The translations under genes and the position numbers were made by a program. Of a stretch of 64,000 bases of DNA, positions 24,701 to 37,220 are shown one piece after another; position 1 is the first letter of the stretch; the number at the start of each line of letters is the position of its first letter. The notes below the pieces were generated by a model. It made no database searches and had not been told where the DNA came from. It saw only the letters and a program-made list of their open reading frames with translations. This DNA is from Heterodontus francisci. Taxonomy: Eukaryota. The DNA is taken from positions 69,297,430 to 69,361,429 of the forward strand of contig NC_090378.1 of the NCBI RefSeq assembly GCF_036365525.1. The letters are read 5' to 3'.

Positions 24701-26617
24701 GAATTTTTAAATTCGTCTAACAAAATTACTTCTCTGAGATTCTCATAGTTGAACTGTACTTTAAGAGGCCTCAGCCACTAGTCAAAAGCCAGCTGCTTAT
24801 TTCTCTCTAACTCCAAGTAGGTTTGATCAGCTTACCTCTTGAGGGTTCTAACCGTTTAGCGATAGGCTTCCGCTACTAACTCATATGCCCCGAGGTTAGC
24901 AATTTTGTCAGTTCATAATCTGATGAACTCTCATCTGGCAATATGGAATAAACCTCATGGGCATTTCCTATTAATTTGCTCTGTAGCAACAGAGTCCAAG
25001 CCTCAGCTGGCCACTTTAAGTGCCTTGCCAGTTTTTCAAAAGATACATAAAAAGCTTCCACGTCTCCCTCATTGAACTTTGGGATCAGTTGGGAGAGTTT
25101 TCACAATTCTGTACCCACCCTGAATTACGGTCCTCCATATTGGCCATGCTTTCGCCCCCTAGTTAACTCAAGCCTCTTCAGCTCTCCCTCTTTGCATTCA
25201 TTCTGGAAAGTGCTTCCTCTTTCTCTCTCCTAGCTTGCTTTCTCTCTCTCCTCTCTTTTTCTTCACGTTCCTTCTGGAAGGCTCTTTCTTTCTCTCTCTC
25301 CTGCCTCTCTCTTTCTCTTTCCTCAAATTCAAGTTTCTTCTGTTCCAATTGTATCTTTGCTAGCAATACCCTGTCAGAGTCTATTTCTAACCCTGTTTCT
25401 GCTTCTTCAGATTCAATGGAAAAATGGATGGTCACTAGTCTTAGGAGTTCAGACCTCCTAGCCTTGCCACGCACAGTGATCCCACACTGCTCTGCCATTT
25501 TCCTCAACTCTGCTATAGACAGTGTTTTTAACTTATCCCAGGTTACTTCACCCTGGCTTGGGGAGCTTCTAGCTTCAGTCGCAGATATGTTAGTATTCTA
25601 GCACTCACAACCGCAAGAAAACCTGTATTGAAATCTTTTTTCTGATTGGGAACAATTTGGCTTCCCACTTCCAATTTCTCGTTTGTCTGTGGGTCAAATC
25701 TCAGATGGTGGCCCCCAAATTTCTGTTATGATCAGGTGAGAAGGGGTCTAGGGGTTTCCTCTCAGCCATTGCCTTGTTTAACCGTAACAGGGTTTAATGA
25801 TAAAACATTGTGTTTTTAGCTCCCCCTTTAGTGAATCCTTGTTCACTGCTCCAATTGTAAGGCAAAGAAATGGGACAGGTTTCCTTAGATTTAAACAAGA
25901 AAGGTAAAAGTTTATTAATCTTAACTCTAATCTGGTTAACGACTACGAATATGCGACGCAACCACGCTAGCATGCATACGCGATAAACACACACGCAGAT
26001 AGAGACAGAGAAAGTAGAAGGAATAAAGGGGAAAAGTTTGAGGCAATATCTGGTAGTTACAGTCCTTTAAGTTCAAGGTGGAGTCTTTGGTTGCCGGTAA
26101 GTCCTGCTACTCGTTGGGGCCCAGTTCACGTTTCAACTTGTTTCGATGTAGGAGTCCTTTCTCTCTCTCTCTCAAGGTTTACGTGTCTTCTATGGGTCCG
26201 GTGGCTTGGGAGAAAGCGAGAGAGAGAGGCTTCCTTGTTTCAACTTCAGTTGCACACTGCCTTCTGAATTCAAACTGTCCTGTGGCTAGTTCAAAAAACC
26301 TGGACCAGCCATGTTAGTCATGTGACCAGCTGGTTTAACCAGTCCTGGCTCTGTGGATTGTATCATCTTGGCAGGGCCTGGTATGTGCTTCCTCACATCT
26401 TCAATGTCTGGTGATCAAAATGCATTTGGGTTAATTGGAGCAGGGAATAGTCCTTTGTCTCCACACGCAGCATCTCTTTGTATGCAAATGTCCTTCCAGC
26501 CCAGTGTCTGGTGATCTTCAAACAAGTCATTTCTTCACTCCAGCAACAGTTTAAAATCAATGTTCATATGACAAAATCAATATGCCTGATTCTTGGCAGG
26601 TGAGGGTCTGCATGACA
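21703..26617 (-). mobile_element. Gmr1-like Gypsy LTR retrotransposon, internally deleted (non-autonomous)
   Basis: LTRs 21703-22568 and 25724-26617, perfect TSD gtca, degenerate tRNA-Pro-like PBS (tgggggccaccatctgagat). Gag with SCAN-like capsid, CCHC knuckle CFHCNKAGHLRADC, protease LRDTGA and integrase HHCC finger (EYCRSCHMC). No RT motifs. Confidence 0.9.
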
Positions 26618-27378
26618 GTCACAAGATGGCTAGTATGGGATGAAGAGTATCACCCTATTGTAGTAAATAGGGTCATCCCAACCTGAAGTTTTACTTTCTA
26701 CTGAATGCATACTGCAACAGACTTGGAAGCACTTGATGCTGACAATGTGTGCCTGAAATTGGAAAGGACCCCAAGAATTAATGTGCCTTATTTTCAACAG
26801 CATATATTTTTTTAAACTAATATTGAGTAATTTTAAGTGGCCAATGCTACCTATTAAAAAATTTCTAATTTGTCTGGGTAGAAATTGGGGACAAAAATGG
26901 TCGGGTTTGCAGAGCTAAGCCTTGAGCCTGAAATACGTCCAACACTATTTCGTCTGTGGATCATTGTAAGAGGACCCTTGATGATTGTGACTTTCTCAGG
27001 ATGAACTACAAAAGATATATTTACATTTGACTTAGCCCAATCTGAGATTAAAGAAGAAATCACACAAGAAGCATTCCCAAGTTACAGCACCTTTATCCAA
27101 TTTTGTTCCTAAGAATATTTAGTTCAAAATATTTTATAACTCAAATTTTCATTCTGAAAAATGCTTAAATATTAAAAGTTATGCACATTAACAATCACTT
27201 AACTAACTAAAACCTTTAGCCACAAAATTCAGCCATGCTGGTTTTGTAACAAAATGGCATCCATGCTACTTTCGGTCACTTATAGCGCGGCCCACACCGA
27301 ACGCCATCGTGGCGAGGGCAATAGCACAGGCTTTAGGTGAATGCACTGGAAGTAGACACAGTAGGCATATCCTGATGT

Positions 27379-28385
27379 TGTCATGCAAGTGTTTTTTTCC
27401 CTGTCGTTTAGAAAACTAAAGGGGGTTTGTGTGCCTTTAAGACAGAGAGCAGTTTTTATATTCCCTGGAAACAGTGTGTGCGAGCTGCAAGCCTGTTTCT
27501 TAGGCAACAGCAAGAGAGAGAGGTCACATGCCGTATTGTATCAGTTTGACTATGTATAAAAACTGGCTAGAACCGGTTTGATCTGGCAGACCAGCGAAGC
27601 GTGCTCTCCTTGAAGGAAGGATTTTTGTCTCTCTCAGCAGAAAATCTACATTAGCTTATAGGCTGTGTTTCACCTAAACAGGAAAGACCCCTGAAAAGGA
27701 ATCTTTGCATTGTTGGATGTATCAAATTCCTTTTTTTTACTTCCAGTCTCTAAGAAGTCTCTGCCTCAGGAGTGACTTTCTGTTGCCTTTCATGTTTCTG
27801 GGAGTTCTTGAATTCTCAGTAAAGTTTCTACTAAGCGACTGCTAATTCAAAATCTAAATAGACCTGTTGTTACACTCCTTGTTGACAGATCTGTGTGATG
27901 CCTACAGCAGTCGAAGAGCCATAAATGCCCAGCCATTACAGACTGTTCATCAACTTTCTTGGAGACTGAGTGGCATCTGTCTATTTTACTCTGAAACACC
28001 TCACTGATCCGGGAAAGTAACCAACCAGGACTTACAACCTAGGTGTTCTATCATTCCTAAGAAACAGCTCTAATTTAAAACATCATTTTAAAAACCGGTT
28101 AACCGTTGATTTTTGAATGTATGTGTGTGTATGAGGGTTAGGAGGAATAAGGAATTATAAAGTCTTTTCAGACATAGATTTATCTGACTATTGTTTAAGA
28201 TTTAGTTTATTAATAATTAGTTAATTTGTTGTTGTTTAAAGTTACCTTGTTTGGTGTGTTTTATTCAGGGGGTTAATAAAGTTAATAAAGTTTAATTTGG
28301 CTAATTTCCGGTAGGTGGGAAACATTAATAATATGCTATGACCTGTGAAGTAATGGGACTGAATTGACCCGCCTCGGTCATAACA
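27379..28385 (+). mobile_element. Solo LTR inserted in the Harbinger arm
   Basis: tgtcatgc...gtcataaca with perfect 4-bp TSD atgt. Confidence 0.85.
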
Positions 28386-28644
28386 ATGTCTAACGCTGAT
28401 TTGATGCCAGACCTGCCATTTTGGACCTTAATACTCTAATTAACATCTTCTTTTAAACATGCAAAATGTGTTCAGCAGCAAGAGTGACCCCTTCACCAGC
28501 ACCATTTAAAGGAATCATCAACAACTTGCAGGTTAGTTGCTGATTACTTTCTATTGCCTCTGCTTGAGCTTTTGGAAGTGCTGAATGCTTAGAAGAGTTG
28601 CTGGATAACAGATTGTTGGACTTCTGTGAGACCCTGAAAGCACT

Positions 28645-30680
28645 TTAAACACTGGTATCCTCAGCCATGATAGCAGCTATCTGAGCATGCATGGCAACAA
28701 GCTGAGATTTCATGACCTCAGTCGGAGTTTCCACTGCAGCACTGAGACATTGGGTGGCTTCTGGTTGTGCTGTGATGGAGGCTGAGACATTGGCCATAAG
28801 ACTATGCATGACGGTTGGGTCCACAAGTGTTTTCATGGAGTTTGCCACCACTTCCCTGCTGGAAAGAGTGGTATTCAAATTCTGTGCGATGCCCTGTGCC
28901 AAGTTGGGGCTGGACTATACCAAGCTCCTTGACAGTGGCAGCAAGATCCCCAGACAGGCCTGCCAATGCACCAAGTATTTCCATGTGCATGCCAATTGCG
29001 TCTTTCTATATGCCACCTCATCAAAGTCCTCATCAGAGTCCTCATCTGATTCTTCAGCGGCAGAACTAGTGCACATTGCCTGGCCAGGTGGCAGCTCTTG
29101 GGTATCTGAAAGCATAAGGGCATGAGGAAACAGTTAGGGTTGGGGTGAGGGTGGAAAACAAGAGGCTCATGGTTGCACCATCTACAGCTTGTAAATCATA
29201 AGAGATTGCTGGATGAGGGTGAATTGAGATTTGAGAAGATGCATTAGGCAGGAAATACTGTCATCCTCAATGCTTTCAGCCAAGGCCTCAGTGACAGCTG
29301 CTCCAATTGTGGCCAGCACCATCTCCTCCTTTGGGGTGAATATATACAGTTGTTCTTGCCCCCCAGTTGGTTAGCTGCTGCCACCTCCTATGGGCCACGT
29401 CCCACAAAAGAGAGGGAAGTACGTCAGTGAGTGTGATGCAATGTTTTTGGGTAATGTGCCTGCCACAGTTGACAGTGTGTGCAGGCTGTGAGATGTGAGT
29501 GTGCGGCTTGTAACACTGCTATGTCTGTTAAGCGTAATGTGAGGCTTTGAATCTGATGTATGAATAATGGATGATAGAGAATGTTGGTAGGTGAGTGAAG
29601 GGGTTGTGGTGAACAGAGCAGTGTGTGAGGCTGCTAGAAAGTAGCATGTGAAGATGCATTTACTGACTTTGACCACTTGTGTGAAGTCATTAAACTTCTT
29701 TCCGCACTGCATCCAGGTCCTTGGAGCTAGACTGCCAGCATACTGACATGAACTGCCAGAGCTACCTACTTCCACTGCCTTCTCCGTATGGGCTGGATTT
29801 TACCTTAGGCGGAGGGGAATTCGCTACCGACAGAAAAGTCGGTGGTGAACCCGCTTCTGTCTAGCCCGGGGATCTGTCCGGTATTTTACGGGTCCCCAGG
29901 CTTTAATTGTCCAGGGGAGGGACTTCCACCCGCTTGAGGGAGGAAGTCCCGCCTCAGCAAGCTGCTGGCTAATCAGCGGGCTGGCAGCTCTTAGTCCCAG
30001 CAGTGCCACCAAGAGCGGTGGCCACTGCTGGGACAGCAGCCCAGCTGACAACGAAGCTCCCAGCCTGGAGCGAAGGTAAGTTGGGCATGTCTCACCAGGG
30101 GGATCATTCGTGCCCTGGTGAGGCTAGGGTGGTCTTTTGTGGGGGTGCATCTTGGATCCCGGGGGTGGGTTGGGAGGCGGGGGTGCCCCAATTGGGCACC
30201 TTGTGCCCGGGTGTCATGGCACCCCCCCTTCCCGGTGCGCGGAAAGGCTGGCAGCTATTGCTGGGCGGCCTTTCACGTCCCCAGCACGCCCTTGCCACGG
30301 GTAAAATACCCATGGAGGTGGGCGAGGGCCCTTAAGTGGCCATTAAGGGCCTTGATTGGCCTCGGGCGGGTGGGCCGTTTACCCCCCCACCACCTGACTG
30401 CCGTAAAGTTGGCCGGAGGTGGGAGCAGGGCAGGAACGCCTCCCGGAGATTCCCGCTCAATTTTACGCCACCCCCATGCCACCATCTGACCCGCTGGGGC
30501 GGCGTAAAATTCAGCCCTATGCATTTGGAGGGCCTCCTGCCCTGAGGGAAGAGGCTGTCTCTTGTTCCATCCACATCCTGCACCAAGGCCTCCAGCGCAG
30601 TATCCAAGAATATTGGGGCATGGTTTCTGGCCCGTTGCGCCTTTTTTTGTAGCTTCTTCCTTGTCTTCCACTCTTCTTGA
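28645..30680 (-). pseudogene. Intron-containing Myb/SANT-like (Harbinger accessory protein) pseudogene
   Basis: Myb exon ends ...QVVK|gtcagt at about 29666. Later acceptor cttatgctttcag at 29106 precedes an acidic segment (EESDEDSDEDFDE) and a helical C-terminus. Frameshifts present. Confidence 0.65.
29790..30517 (+). mobile_element. Harbinger-type MITE inserted in the Myb exon
   Basis: TIRs gggctggattttac / gtaaaattcagccc and perfect 3-bp TSD tat. Removing it restores the reading RPSKCI-RRRQWK. Confidence 0.88.
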
Positions 30681-31040
30681 ACCAGTTTCAGGCCCTGCTG
30701 CAGTCTGGCTTTATGTTGTGCAGACTATCCTTTAGTGCTGCTAGCCTTGCACAAATATGGGGCTCCTGCTGAGGCATGCGGCCACTCAGCAGCATGTTCA
30801 GTGTGCAATCATTATAATTATCAGGCAGCATGAAGTTTGCATACTGTCTGCATAACTTATAATGGGCATGGGTTAAAGGTGCATTATGTTCCTCATGCCC
30901 AATTTTTTTTGGGGGGCTATCCAATTTAGCCCCTTTATAAAAAGAGTTTATTGTTAAATAGAATTGTATTCATCATTTAAATTGTGTAGTATTTATCCAA
31001 TATTTACTACATTTATTTTAATTAGATGATACTATAAATT

Positions 31041-31157
31041 GGCCTTTATAGCCACTCCAGGCGCTGCTTCACAAACCACTGACCACCTCCAGGCGCGTAT
31101 CCATTGTCTCTCGAGATAAGGAGGCCCAAAAGAAAAGAAAAAAAAAGAAAGAAAGAA
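31041..31157 (+). mobile_element. Extremely 5'-truncated RTE-clade LINE
   Basis: Encodes the RTE-type ORF end (I)GLYSHSRRCFTNH*, then a short UTR and (GAAA)n tail. 10-bp direct repeat actataaatt at 31031 and 31158. Confidence 0.7.
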
Positions 31158-32164
31158 ACTATAAATTATAGAAAGGGCAGAAGAACATTGAAATAAAGTA
31201 AAGCACTGGTGATAAACAGGGAGCATAACTGAGTCAGGTAGTTTAAAAAGGTAAATTTGCAAATGCTGATGGAAGCTTTGTTAATAACAGCAGAATTATA
31301 AACACAACATGGTTACAATCACACACAGCTATCTCCTATATCATTAAACTATCTCAACTTGTAGGAAAGCAGGATTGCTCTGTTCTCTTTCTCCGCTACA
31401 CTTCCACTCTCTCAAGTGCTTTCATTCTGTGCAAAAACGTACCACTTTTCTTTTTTTTTCTTCAACTTAATGCCTGGTCCCGGTACGGCTCACACTGAGG
31501 TCCACTGGGTATTAGAAGCCTGTTAGGTTCTTGCAGGTGCACGTTGTAAATGGTTTTGTTTCACAACCCTAAACTGATTTGTTGATTTAAGTTCCCAATG
31601 ATAAGGACAAACGCTGCAGTGGCTTTAAAGGCAGGCAGTAGGCTTCAGTTGTCTTTAGCTCTTGGTCAGCTTTTGCCAATGATCTAGATTGACATCTATG
31701 AAAAGCCAAACATTATTTCACTGAGAAATTTAGGTCATGGGCCGAACCCCATGCTGTATCCGACCACCAGGGTTCGTAAGAGAAGAGGAATCAAGAGTCG
31801 TGATTAAGTGGTGTTTTCAGCAAAGGGGGAAGATTGAGTAGAGGGAGTAGAAAAGAGTCTGGAATATTCCTGTGGGACTTTTCCATGTTTGAGAGATGAT
31901 GGGTGGTGCTACCCCAGGTAATTCAAGAAATTTACTACTGATAAACTAATTCATATCAGCATAAGCTCAATGTTCCTAAGGGTAGTTGCATGCTGGCAGT
32001 AATGTAGGTGCATCCCAATATAATCTGATGGGCCCAAAAAATCCACTGGGCCATTTACACCTGTTTTTCACCCTCGTCCTGTCCAGTGCTGGCCCCACCG
32101 TAAATCATGGGTCAGCTTATTTTCATATCAGTTACTGTTAGCTGAGTGCAATTCCTGTGAAGCA

Positions 32165-33150
32165 CAGGTCTGTGCACATGAACCCCAAAGTCCCTCTGCT
32201 TGCATCTCCATATCCCTTTTGCCAAAATGCATCACCTCACACTTCTCTGCACTGAATTCCATCTGCCACTTGTCTGTCCATTCTGCTAGGCTATCTATGT
32301 CCTGTTGTCGTCAATTGGTATCATCCTCACTATCTGCGATATGTCCAAGTTTGGTATCATTGGCAAATTTTGAAATTTTACTCTGTGTTCCAATATCCAA
32401 GTCACTCCAGTCTGAAAACAACCATTTGCCACAACCCCCTGTTTTCTGTCCTTAAGCCAATTTTTTTTTTAAATCGGAGCTGACACTGACCCTCCTATTC
32501 CAAGAGTGACAATTTTGCTAACCAGCCTTTTATGTTTTCTTAAAATCCATATAGACAACATCCATTGCTTTCCCTTCATCAACCTTCTCTGTTACTTCAT
32601 CAAAAAAAACAATTAAATTAGTCAAGCACAATCAGCCTTTCACAAATCCATGCTGGTTCTCCCTAATTAACTCATACCTCTTCAAGTGCCTGTTGATATT
32701 TTCCCTGATTATGGTTTCTAAAAGCTTACTCACTGTTGTGTGATTGCCTTTAAGAGTGATATCCCTTTAAGATCTTAGTATGCTAATGATCCAAGTACCA
32801 GGATGCAGTCATGTGACTACATGCCAATTTTACTCTGCTACAGAAACACCAAGAGGCAAGTCCGGTAATAATTAGCTCTGTACAGTATATATTAGTTAGC
32901 TGTTTAATAAACCTGTTTTGAAATCTTCAAACAACCTGAACTCCATGCATCTCATGTCTGTTGCTTCTCAGTACACTCACTGTTAAACTGACCAGCCTGT
33001 AGTTACTAGGAATGTCCTTACATCCTTTTGTGAATAAAGGTGTCATATTTGCTACTCTTCAATCTTCTGGCACCTCCCCCCTATCTAGGGAAACTTGGAA
33101 GATTATGGCAAGCCCTTTCGCTATCTCCAATGCCACTTCCTTTAGCAACA
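32165..33150 (-). mobile_element. CR1 RT remnant
   Basis: Reverse complement gives ISKFANDTKLG and KCEVMHFG. Interrupted by a solo LTR. Confidence 0.75.
32734..32975 (+). mobile_element. Short solo LTR, same family as the 37923-42315 provirus
   Basis: tgttgtg...agtaca with perfect 5-bp TSD ctcac. Reverse-complement similarity to 37923-38173 (ccctttaagatcttagtatg, caggatgcagtcatgtgac). Confidence 0.85.
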
Positions 33151-33929
33151 TGCGTCAGCTTCCCAGTAGAGAGAAGTCTGCCAACGCTTTGGAGTTATGG
33201 GAACCAGAACTCATGTTTAAAAGAAGGATGTTTGAGGAACATCATACCTGTGAGAAGGCTCCAAAATCAGTCTCTGAGAAAGAAATGCAATTGACAGCTA
33301 TGACTCTGGAGTCTACAGTGATCATTTGCAGTAACATTAAAATTTTTCTTTGATGCAGGCCTCAGTGGAACATGTGGCAGCTTTCCTGGAATTTGCAGCA
33401 CCGCCACCTCATAAGCAGCCCAAGACAAATCTGAATTCACAGAAGCGCAGATGGCTGCCCTGACAGCAGTAGAGGACTAAGTAGACCACCTTTCAACCAA
33501 GGTTTCAGACATTTGGGGTCATGACTGCAGACAGGTATCTCTCAGGGCCTGATAACTGCTATCAGACCAGCTAACCTGATGATTATGAAGACTGGGCTAT
33601 GATACACTAAAGTCTTCATAAGATCTATGTATCATATGGGATGTCACATCTTCTATAAGCTTTTTCTAAGCTACAGCACTCTCTTTTCCTCCATCCTGTA
33701 TTGCTCGGCTTCCTTCTCCATTTAAAATGACCAACAATGGAATGCCCATTGAGAATCCTATGCCTAATATCTAGGGCTTCTTAGACTAGCCCAGTGGTCT
33801 TTCAGGCTGTCAAAGGCATGTCCAGCTCTATTCATATACAAGGCAAAAAAAACACATTTTAAAAACTGATGCAAACACTCCTCAAAGTGTTTTCAGGCTG
33901 CTGGTACAAAGGATGCCACTTCACAAGAT

Positions 33930-34620
33930 TGCAAAATAATTACGGATGAGGAAGAACACTCAAAACCTTTTGGTTTATCCATCCAGAGAGATCCTAACAT
34001 CATGTCTCTTCCCCATTGTAGAATCCTTTTATTTTCAGAGTTCTTGCCTCCACTACTCTATCTGAGAGTTTATACCGCACACTAGTCACTCTGTGTGTGA
34101 AGAATTTCCTGTTACCAGTTCTAAAGTTACCTTTTATTATTTTGAACATGTGACATCCAGTTCTACTTATGCAGTATAATTTGGATACTCTGGGTTAACT
34201 TTTTCTATACCCTTAATAATCTTATATACGTGTACAAGATCACCTCTTAGACATCTCTCGAAGATGATAAGGCCCAGTCTTTCTTCATAATTCACGTCTC
34301 TGACACTGGGGGTCAAGCCTGGTACCTCTGCTCTGCAGGATCCCTAGTGCTTTGATGCCTCTCTTATTTCTTAGTGACCAGAACTGAATGAAATATTCCA
34401 CATGCGGTCTCACCAGAGCACTATATATTCCATTGCTGTAGCTGTGTAAATCAATAACTAATTGGCTTTGTTAATTTCTGCTCTGCATTGGTTGGATATT
34501 GAACCGACTAATATTCCTTTCAGTTTTTTCCTTAGCTATTTTAACACCATTTGTGAAGTAGCTGTGTTGTTCATTTGTCCTTTGTAATTGAAGAAATTTG
34601 TATTTTTCTGCACTTCCACC
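33930..34620 (-). mobile_element. Old CR1 3' fragment
   Basis: Reverse complement gives ALVRPHVEYFIQFWSL and LRGDLVHVYKIIKG. Confidence 0.65.
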
Positions 34621-36089
34621 AGTCTCAACTAGTGGTGGCAACTTTGTGGTTTAAACTCATTGTTAATTACCTTTCATGCAACGGGAGTCCAGGCGTGGGT
34701 TTTGGGGACTTCAGTCCTGGTTATCTGCACTTTATATATATGATCTAGAACTTCCAGCAAGATGGGTGAATGTACCTATGAAGGGAACCAGCGTGTGATG
34801 GAAGCGACAGCAGTGCCATGGCAGGACAAAAAGCCAGAGGAAATCCCCTCTGCTAGTTGCAACCCCCACTTCCTGTCTGCCATTTGGTGTTCAAACAATA
34901 CATAAGTGCCCAGCATTAAAAAAATTTAAAAATGAACCGAAATGACACAGTTGCACCATTAGATGGCAGGATACAACAGTTTTATTGACTAATATTGTGT
35001 ATACACATCTACTGTTTTAGAAACATTAACCCGCGCCACCAGGTTTGACAACAAAGGGTGAGAAACACTGGTGCTTGTGGGAAGTACAGTTTTGGGAACT
35101 GGTAAATTCGGGATAAGAATTTCCTCTCTGAAGGGAAAATGGTGATTGCACACTGCTTGCATCAACTTGTGAATTCAGATTGGTGAGTTTAATGGAAAGG
35201 GAACTAGCAGTGCTCAGACTAGCAAGAACCAAAGAAAATGCCTTTGGTTTTCGCGATACTAACTCGAAGAGTACTCTGCAATACTAATTTTACTCTTCTA
35301 TCGAACCTTCACTGTTTTATGGTATTTATTGTGCTTGGAACTTTGTTACTACTTTCTCTTTTTACATTAGACTTCACAACAGATATTGAAAGAAAAATTT
35401 CATTAGGTATATGCACACACTCACTAAAGCCTAGTGACGCACAAGTGTGTCGAAATTAATAATAATTTTGAAAATGTTACAATATAGAGATCAGATTGAG
35501 ACCCATAATTCTGGTTATATTTTTTCAAATCAAGCTTCATTGCACTGTATCCTATTCTTAATTCATTCTTTTCCAGGACTGTGGAACCACAGTCTTCCCT
35601 TCCTCTTATAATCTACAAGCTTTTCAAATCCAAACTTGGCATCATCTACTTTTTGATACGGTTTGTCATTTATTCTCCTTAACCTTAGCAATGTACTATA
35701 ATCTGGGCTTGGCCTTTCATCTATGTTACACCATTTAAAAAAATATATTTTATACCAATGGAGAATTCAGCATCAAGATTTCAAACATGTGCTTTTTTAA
35801 CTTTATGAATACCCATTTCACCTTATTGATTCTCCCTGCACCTTCACAGCAGGTTCATGTTTCAGGTGGAATCCTTCACTGACCTGTTTTATATTTCTAA
35901 TATTTTCTGTTTTTATTTTTTTTGATCATGCTAGATCTCATTCTTGGCTAGGCATTTGGTCAAGGGCTCAATATTGAATAACTGTCACCAAAAAAACACT
36001 TTGAGCTGATTGAGAATTTTATCAAGGTTGACCTTATTAGCTATTCATACTGAGCTCTTGGTCCAAATTGAGCCTGTCTACATGAACTT

Positions 36090-37220
36090 GCTGTTAGCAG
36101 GAAGCAGGAAAGTGTTTAAAAGCTCCAGTTGCTGATTAAAGGGCTATTTTTGTTGTTGGCTTAAAGAAGAGAAATAGCTGAGGAAAGGCACCAACAACTC
36201 TCAATTTATGAGGTATGTTTGGAGGTGCTTGTGGAGAAAGTGCAGAAAAGGTGGTGGTGGGGTGGAGTGATGGGTAGCTGCCTTCTTTGGCATCCGATGG
36301 CAGCCTCCTTGCAGATTAACATCCAGGCTTCTTGGCAGCAGGTGACCACTAAAGTCAATGCAGGGCTGAATTTTATCAGTGCGCTGTGTGGCAACGCATT
36401 GTGAAAGCAGTGGCCTTCCGACACAGAAGTGCTGCCACCGAGCCCCCGCAATATTACGCGAGGGGTCTCATTTAAATAGAGAGGGTGGAGCGGCCGCCCC
36501 CGATGACATAGAGAAGGTGGCCGCCGTGTCCCCAGCAACGGCATTCGGCGCCACCGTGCGGGCGCTGGCGCCATTTTTAAAGGGCTTCAAGCCCTTCACT
36601 TACATTTCAATGATTAAAGTGGCAGGTTTTTAAATAAATAGCAATAACATTTTATGCGCACTTCCAATCCCCTCTCCCACCCCCTCAATGAATAATCCGT
36701 GTATTATTTGTCCTGCCCCAAAAACATTAAAGTTTCCATCATAATCTTTCCCCCCCCGAACTTTCTTTCCTTTAATCTTCAACCCCTTCCCACCATCCCC
36801 ACACCCAATTGTGTTTGTTTTTGCCGCTCTCCCCCCCCCCCCCCCGCCCTGATAATTTTAGTCCTCCCCCCACCCCACCAGTTTCTCGCCTCAGAACTCC
36901 ATATGGGGTTCCGAAGGTGCACGAGTTGCATTCAGTGGCTGTAAAATCGGCATGGGCTGCCGCCATCAGGGAAGTACATTTGCATCTTATTATTGTTCAT
37001 TTGAATATTTAGATGAAGGCCCCACTGAGGCTGCACCGAGGTCCCCCCGCCGCCGGTAATATACGGCGGGCCCTTCTCAACGTCGGGGGTCAAGGTGGGC
37101 CTCTCCCCGCAGAATTTTACAGGCCCCCCTGCCATGATCCATGGCGTCGAGGAGCTGGTTAAATTCAGCCCGCAGTCTTAAATATCCAGAGTATGTGGGA
37201 TTATATGAGGTTAAAGGTTA
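36090..37220 (+). pseudogene. Harbinger Myb/SANT-like remnant interrupted by a MITE
   Basis: QFYEVCLEVLVEKVQ...WQQVTTKVNA precedes the insertion. Confidence 0.5.
36363..37171. mobile_element. Harbinger-type MITE (different internal sequence)
   Basis: TIRs gggctgaattt / aaattcagccc and perfect 3-bp TSD gca. Confidence 0.85.

Larger units (their letters stand above)
27245..30933 (-). mobile_element. Non-autonomous Harbinger element carrying a decayed Myb/SANT-like gene
   Basis: Right TIR ccaatttagcccc (30921-30933), also seen at about 62370 and inverted at 54539. Myb remnant LDTALEALVQDV...RRRQWK...APRTWMQCGKKFNDF. Possible left TIR at 26876 (gggtagaaattg). Confidence 0.65.

Noticed and set aside
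25178-25507. Charged coiled-coil ORF (ERERER...)
   Set aside because: N-terminus of the Gypsy gag, not a host gene.
27245-27378. Alternative LTR start at tgtaaca
   Set aside because: Only the start at 27379 gives a matching TSD (atgt).
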